Shown here piece by piece: positions 36,462-39,194 of a stretch of 39,194 nt of DNA. The notes under the pieces were generated by a model that was not told the DNA's origin, made no database searches, and saw nothing but the letters and a program-made list of their open reading frames with translations. The stretch is from Bigelowiella natans CCMP2755 (Eukaryota > Protista > Cercozoa). How positions within the stretch are numbered: the first letter of the stretch is position 1; each line of letters starts with the position of its first letter. The stretch covers positions 1-39,194 of the forward strand of contig ADNK01002099.1 in NCBI GenBank assembly GCA_000320545.1. Reading direction: 5' to 3'. The translations under genes were made by a program, and so were the position numbers.

Positions 36462-36918
36462 GCCCAAATAGGAAGGGGAAACATCGGTCGTCACTCATTT
36501 AAAGTGCAACGGTTTGATAGTAGCATAGTCAAATAAAATGAAAACGAATGCGGTGTGATACGACAACAAGTACTGCCGATCCTGTGTTACCGATGAATTC
36601 TTGAGAACGACAAGGTATTCTTTGATTTCTTGTACCGAAGCCGTTGTTCCTTTGCCGCCGACGACAACAACAACAACAACAATAATAATTAGAGGTTATT
36701 CACGCACGGTGCTGTTATGAATGATTGTGACAACGCACGCTGAGAAAGAGGAGGAGGAGGAGGATATCAAGGCTACTTCTATCAGTGTATAAGTAGCAGC
36801 AGTTCATACTTATTACTCCTACCGTTATATGATAGCCAGTTGTCGGCCTCCTTGAGCTCTTCAAGGAGCACATCTTTCTCATCCTAGCATGCAGCACATG
36901 TAGAATCAGCAACCAACA

Positions 36919-36974
<56 letters not shown>

Positions 36975-37249
36975 TACAACTACTAAAACAACCTCACAGG
37001 GTGCATGACACACACACAACTCACACACATACTACAAATAATATATTAGCGCATTGCACGGCCACTCGCATACTACACATTCTACGACAAATAGTGTTGT
37101 AGTCTATTATGTAATAGCGACAGGAGCAACGAAGTTCTTGAGATTTCCCGATCGTATTCTGGAGAATTATGGATCACATTTGATGATGATGTGTTTGTAC
37201 GAGGAATGGGGGAGTGAGACACACACACAAAGACACACACACACACACC

Positions 37250-37303
<54 letters not shown>

Positions 37304-37907
37304 ATATATGATGGAGGAGGGGCTATACCAGATGCTTGTTCTGCTTTCCTCCTCCTCCTCCTCCTCCTCCTCCTCCTTCAACAACAACAACAACAACCAC
37401 TACTACAACTACTACTACCTTTCCATAATTTCTTTATCCTTCGTGGCAAACGCATTTTCTAATGGAAGAAGAAGAGGAAGAAGAAGAAGAAAAAGAAAAA
37501 CAACAACAACAACACCATGTTTGCTTATTCTTGCTCAGATCTTAGTTCAAGAACACCATCTTATTATCATACAATCTATTCATTGAGTTATTGCTTATTG
37601 ATTAATAGCAGTGTATGTTAGTATAGTAGTACCAATATCTTTAAAGGCCTTCATTTCCCTCGCATTCATGCCGTAACCCTGCGTTCTCACCACCTACCAA
37701 GTCGACGATGATGACGACGACGATGATGATGATGGTGATGGTGATGATGGTGATGGTGATGACGATGATAATGATGAGAGAAGTTGTTGTTGTTGTTGTT
37801 GTTATTGTTGTTATTCTTAGGTCGTCGAGTAGTACTCAGGAAGTTATTACCTTTAGGTTAGAGCTATAGATTCGTTTTACCCACTCCATCTTCACCGGAG
37901 CCCTGCA

Positions 37908-37942
<35 letters not shown>

Positions 37943-37964
37943 GCACACATAATTAGTGTGTATA

Positions 37965-38004
<40 letters not shown>

Positions 38005-38514
38005 TCCTTTTCCTTGACGTCACTTTCCCAGCTTGTCAATCCTCAGCTCTCATTTCCATATTTACCCTCTTCCCATCAGTTTTGGACAACACTGTTCCCC
38101 TCTCTCTCATCCTCCCCCCTCTTCCTTCTGCTCTGTAATATGAACTCACTGTGTGGGGGGTGCTGTTGTTTCATTCGCCGCTGCTTTTTTGGAGGTACTC
38201 CCATCAGCGGCGACTGGAATAGGAGCAGGAGCTGGTGAAGGGGAGGAAGGGACACTTTCGGCTGGATCTGAATAACGATGACCCCATCACAAGGAAGAAC
38301 AGGAGGAGCAACAGGGAGGCCATGTGTGGGGGGGGGGATGCCAGCGACTTCTTAATTTGTAATATGCTGATGGTGTACATAATGTGAAGTACCTTCGTCA
38401 ATAGCCATTCTCTCTCCATTTGCTGCCGCCTCTGCTGTCTTCTCGGTGAGCGGAGGAAGGGGGGGGAGTGCGACGCACCACAACAACAGTAATATAACGT
38501 TGAAATGATGTTGA

Positions 38515-38547
<33 letters not shown>

Positions 38548-39025
38548 CACTGCTACTAACAATGATGATGATGATGATAATAACAAAGATAATAATGAAA
38601 GATGACGCTGATGGTGATGTTTGAGTCTCTCCTCCATCCAGAGGCAACACATCCCAATGACAGTAGCAGTATAGAAGCCATGATGAGTAGTACCAGCCCC
38701 TTTCTCTCCTTTTCCCCTCTTCAGCAACCAACACATGATATAATAATACCTTCGAGGCGTTGATAGGAGCGGCTGTTGGAGGTACCGTTGTGGGTGCTGC
38801 AGTAGGAGCTATTTACACATGCCGGTGGGATGACATATCAGGCGTTTCATACGACTACAGGCAAATAGTGGTGTTGGTTGATCTCTCTTGTATTATCCTC
38901 ATCTTCCTCTTGCACATTCCAGGGGAGGGAAGGGGGAACGGTACATACCAGGGACGAGAAGGTTGATGGTTTTGTGCAATTCAGCCAATTCCAGATCCAC
39001 GACACCATCACTAGTGAATCTACGG
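33816..39025 (-). CDS. Hsp110/Sse1-type atypical Hsp70 (C-terminal half; 5' part beyond the window end), many micro-exons
   Basis: Spliced reading: FTSDGVVDLELAEL...(Pro/Ala loop)...SSNLK/VVRTQGYGMNAREMKAFKDI/ENAFATKDKEIMER...NLKNFVAP/DEKDVLLEELKEADNWLSYNG...VVARYE...RRAAFEDL...EKDPNKAH.../EERDSVLKAADQTDTW...EKQDETPGYETPV/..LTAEILGEKQKELRELVKQ/VMERPKPTPAP...QPMEIEDESKPVTK-TAG. No ER-retention signal, so cytosolic Hsp110 rather than Grp170. Confidence 0.8.
34518..34577. repeat. (AACGAC)n hexanucleotide tandem repeat in an Hsp110 intron
   Basis: About 9-10 perfect copies read directly from the sequence. Confidence 0.9.
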
Positions 39026-39077
39026 CGTGGGTGGGAGTTATTATGAGTAAGCTTTCATGTGTGTGTGTGTGTGTGTG

Positions 39078-39130
<53 letters not shown>

Positions 39131-39194
39131 GGGGAGAGAGGGCTGATGAGGACTATGACAAAGAGCGCTCGACTGCATCGGCCATCAGGCTATT

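Overview
Eukaryotic, intron-rich nuclear DNA from a protist. The degenerate 5' splice sites, microsatellite-filled introns and gene content suggest a rhizarian or chlorarachniophyte-like flagellate, but that is inference. Splicing the exons by hand gives about 11 genes: the 3' end of an unknown + gene, NSE1 (SMC5/6 RING subunit, -), a disordered hypothetical protein (+), a TruA-family pseudouridine synthase (+), a CFAP52/WDR16-like WD40 protein with an N-terminal extension (-), a type II membrane glycosyltransferase-like protein (+), a coiled-coil protein (-), a four-ACT CASTOR-like protein (+, mostly invisible in the ORF track), a 4xKH RNA-binding protein with a ~900-aa low-complexity tail (-), ribosomal protein P2 (+) and the 3' part of an Hsp110-type chaperone (-). 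There is also a decayed 3' fragment of a non-LTR retrotransposon and a structured, snoRNA-like element in the P2 intron. The most striking unexplained signal is a set of tracts rich in CATG/TGCA/CACG and CTAG. They cover the retrotransposon relic, where TpA is almost erased, and also fill all five convergent (tail-to-tail) intergenic regions. This looks like a targeted TpA->CpA/TpG mutational process that spares CTAG, possibly the footprint of an undescribed DNA-modification or genome-defence system. Exon boundaries were read by eye, so some are uncertain.
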